64,000 nucleotides of DNA from a virus. Below the pieces are notes generated by a model that worked only from the letters and a program-made list of their open reading frames with translations, was not told the origin of the DNA and searched no databases. A program made the position numbers and the translations under genes. Every line of letters starts with the position of its first letter. Positions within the stretch are counted from its first letter, which is position 1. The DNA lies in IMG/VR virus record IMGVR_UViG_3300046674_000362, positions 1-64,000 of that record. One strand, 5' to 3'. Positions 63,488-64,000 of this stretch are shown here, piece after piece.

Positions 63488-64000
63488 TTAGTGACTCCAC
63501 AGGCCGTCGTTGTAGGTCGCTTGCGTGACGTTCACGGTGATGGAAGCGGCCGAGACATAGCGGTATTCTTCCGGCATCGGGGCCGCCTGCGCACCAAGAA
63601 CCACTTCCAAGTCACTGCCGTCATCCTGAAGCGCAGGCACCAGCCGCTTGATTTCCTCGTAGATGCGCTTGCGGTTCAGCGACAGCATGCCGCGCGCTGC
63701 TGCCACCGAATCCGCGCCGTACAGGCCCAGCAGCGCCCCGGTGATCTTGTTCTTCGTGTCGGCGATGTCATGCACCACCGACACCTGCGCATTGATGGTG
63801 ACGGGCAGCTCGACCGGGACCGGCGCGACGAACTCGATTCTGTAGGAGTCGTCGGCCGCCGCGATGTACTTGGTAATCTCGGACTGAAGCCAGTCCGTCG
63901 TCACGTTGTCCATCAGCGCCGCGACGAACAGCTTGTTGTTGTGGGTGATGGACGGGCCGCGCACCTTTTCCTCGATCTGCTCATTCCAGACCGAGAGGAA
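63488..64000 (-). CDS. Baseplate J-like protein, C-terminal part (starts beyond the window)
   Basis: Open frame to the window edge: FLSVWNEQIEEKVRGPS..HNNKLFVA...PEEYRYVS..SI.V.V. Confidence 0.65.
   Translation of the reverse strand, partial: FLSVWNEQIEEKVRGPSITHNNKLFVAALMDNVTTDWLQSEITKYIAAADDSYRIEFVAPVPVELPVTINAQVSVVHDIADTKNKITGALLGLYGADSVAAARGMLSLNRKRIYEEIKRLVPALQDDGSDLEVVLGAQAAPMPEEYRYVSAASITVNVTQATYNDGLWSH

Larger units (their letters stand above)
1..64000. mobile_element. P1-like temperate myophage / probable phage-plasmid (both ends lie outside the window)
   Basis: Continuous phage content: terminase, portal, capsid, sheath, baseplate, lysis, Dar-like genes, cI/cro and a ParA partition pair. 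No host housekeeping genes and no integrase in view. Confidence 0.93.

Noticed and set aside
1-64000. tRNA, rRNA, IS elements or integrase
   Set aside because: None recognised by eye and intergenic gaps are short; tRNAscan-SE and Infernal would be needed to exclude small RNAs.

Overview
This high-GC window is almost entirely one temperate myophage, most likely a P1-like phage-plasmid of a betaproteobacterium (Oxalobacteraceae is my inference from one HTH family). From left to right it carries: the terminase pair; a lambdoid early region (Nin-like genes, O/P-like replication genes with an internal iteron origin, cro/cI switch, recombination genes, RdgC-FtsK-gamma fusion); a ParB-like gene, a repeat array and a ParA/RHH partition pair; a lysis cassette; P1-type head and tail genes; an expanded Dar-like cluster of probable virion-packaged polyvalent proteins; a + strand cassette of small early genes; and further tail, baseplate and prohead-protease genes. 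The strongest unexplained signals read from the sequence are five. (1) An RGGAAAA-N29-NAnnnT element sits upstream of nine late transcription units. (2) Three near-identical TTGACG-N18-TACAAT promoters contain a lacO-like palindrome. (3) The Dar-like proteins share an N-terminal helical module, a C-terminal module and an Asp-centred motif also found in capsid, portal and protease. (4) A GIY-YIG nuclease domain sits in frame inside the replication initiator. (5) Palindromic repeats in the small terminase gene may be the pac site. All product calls come from recognising motifs by eye; no database search was run.
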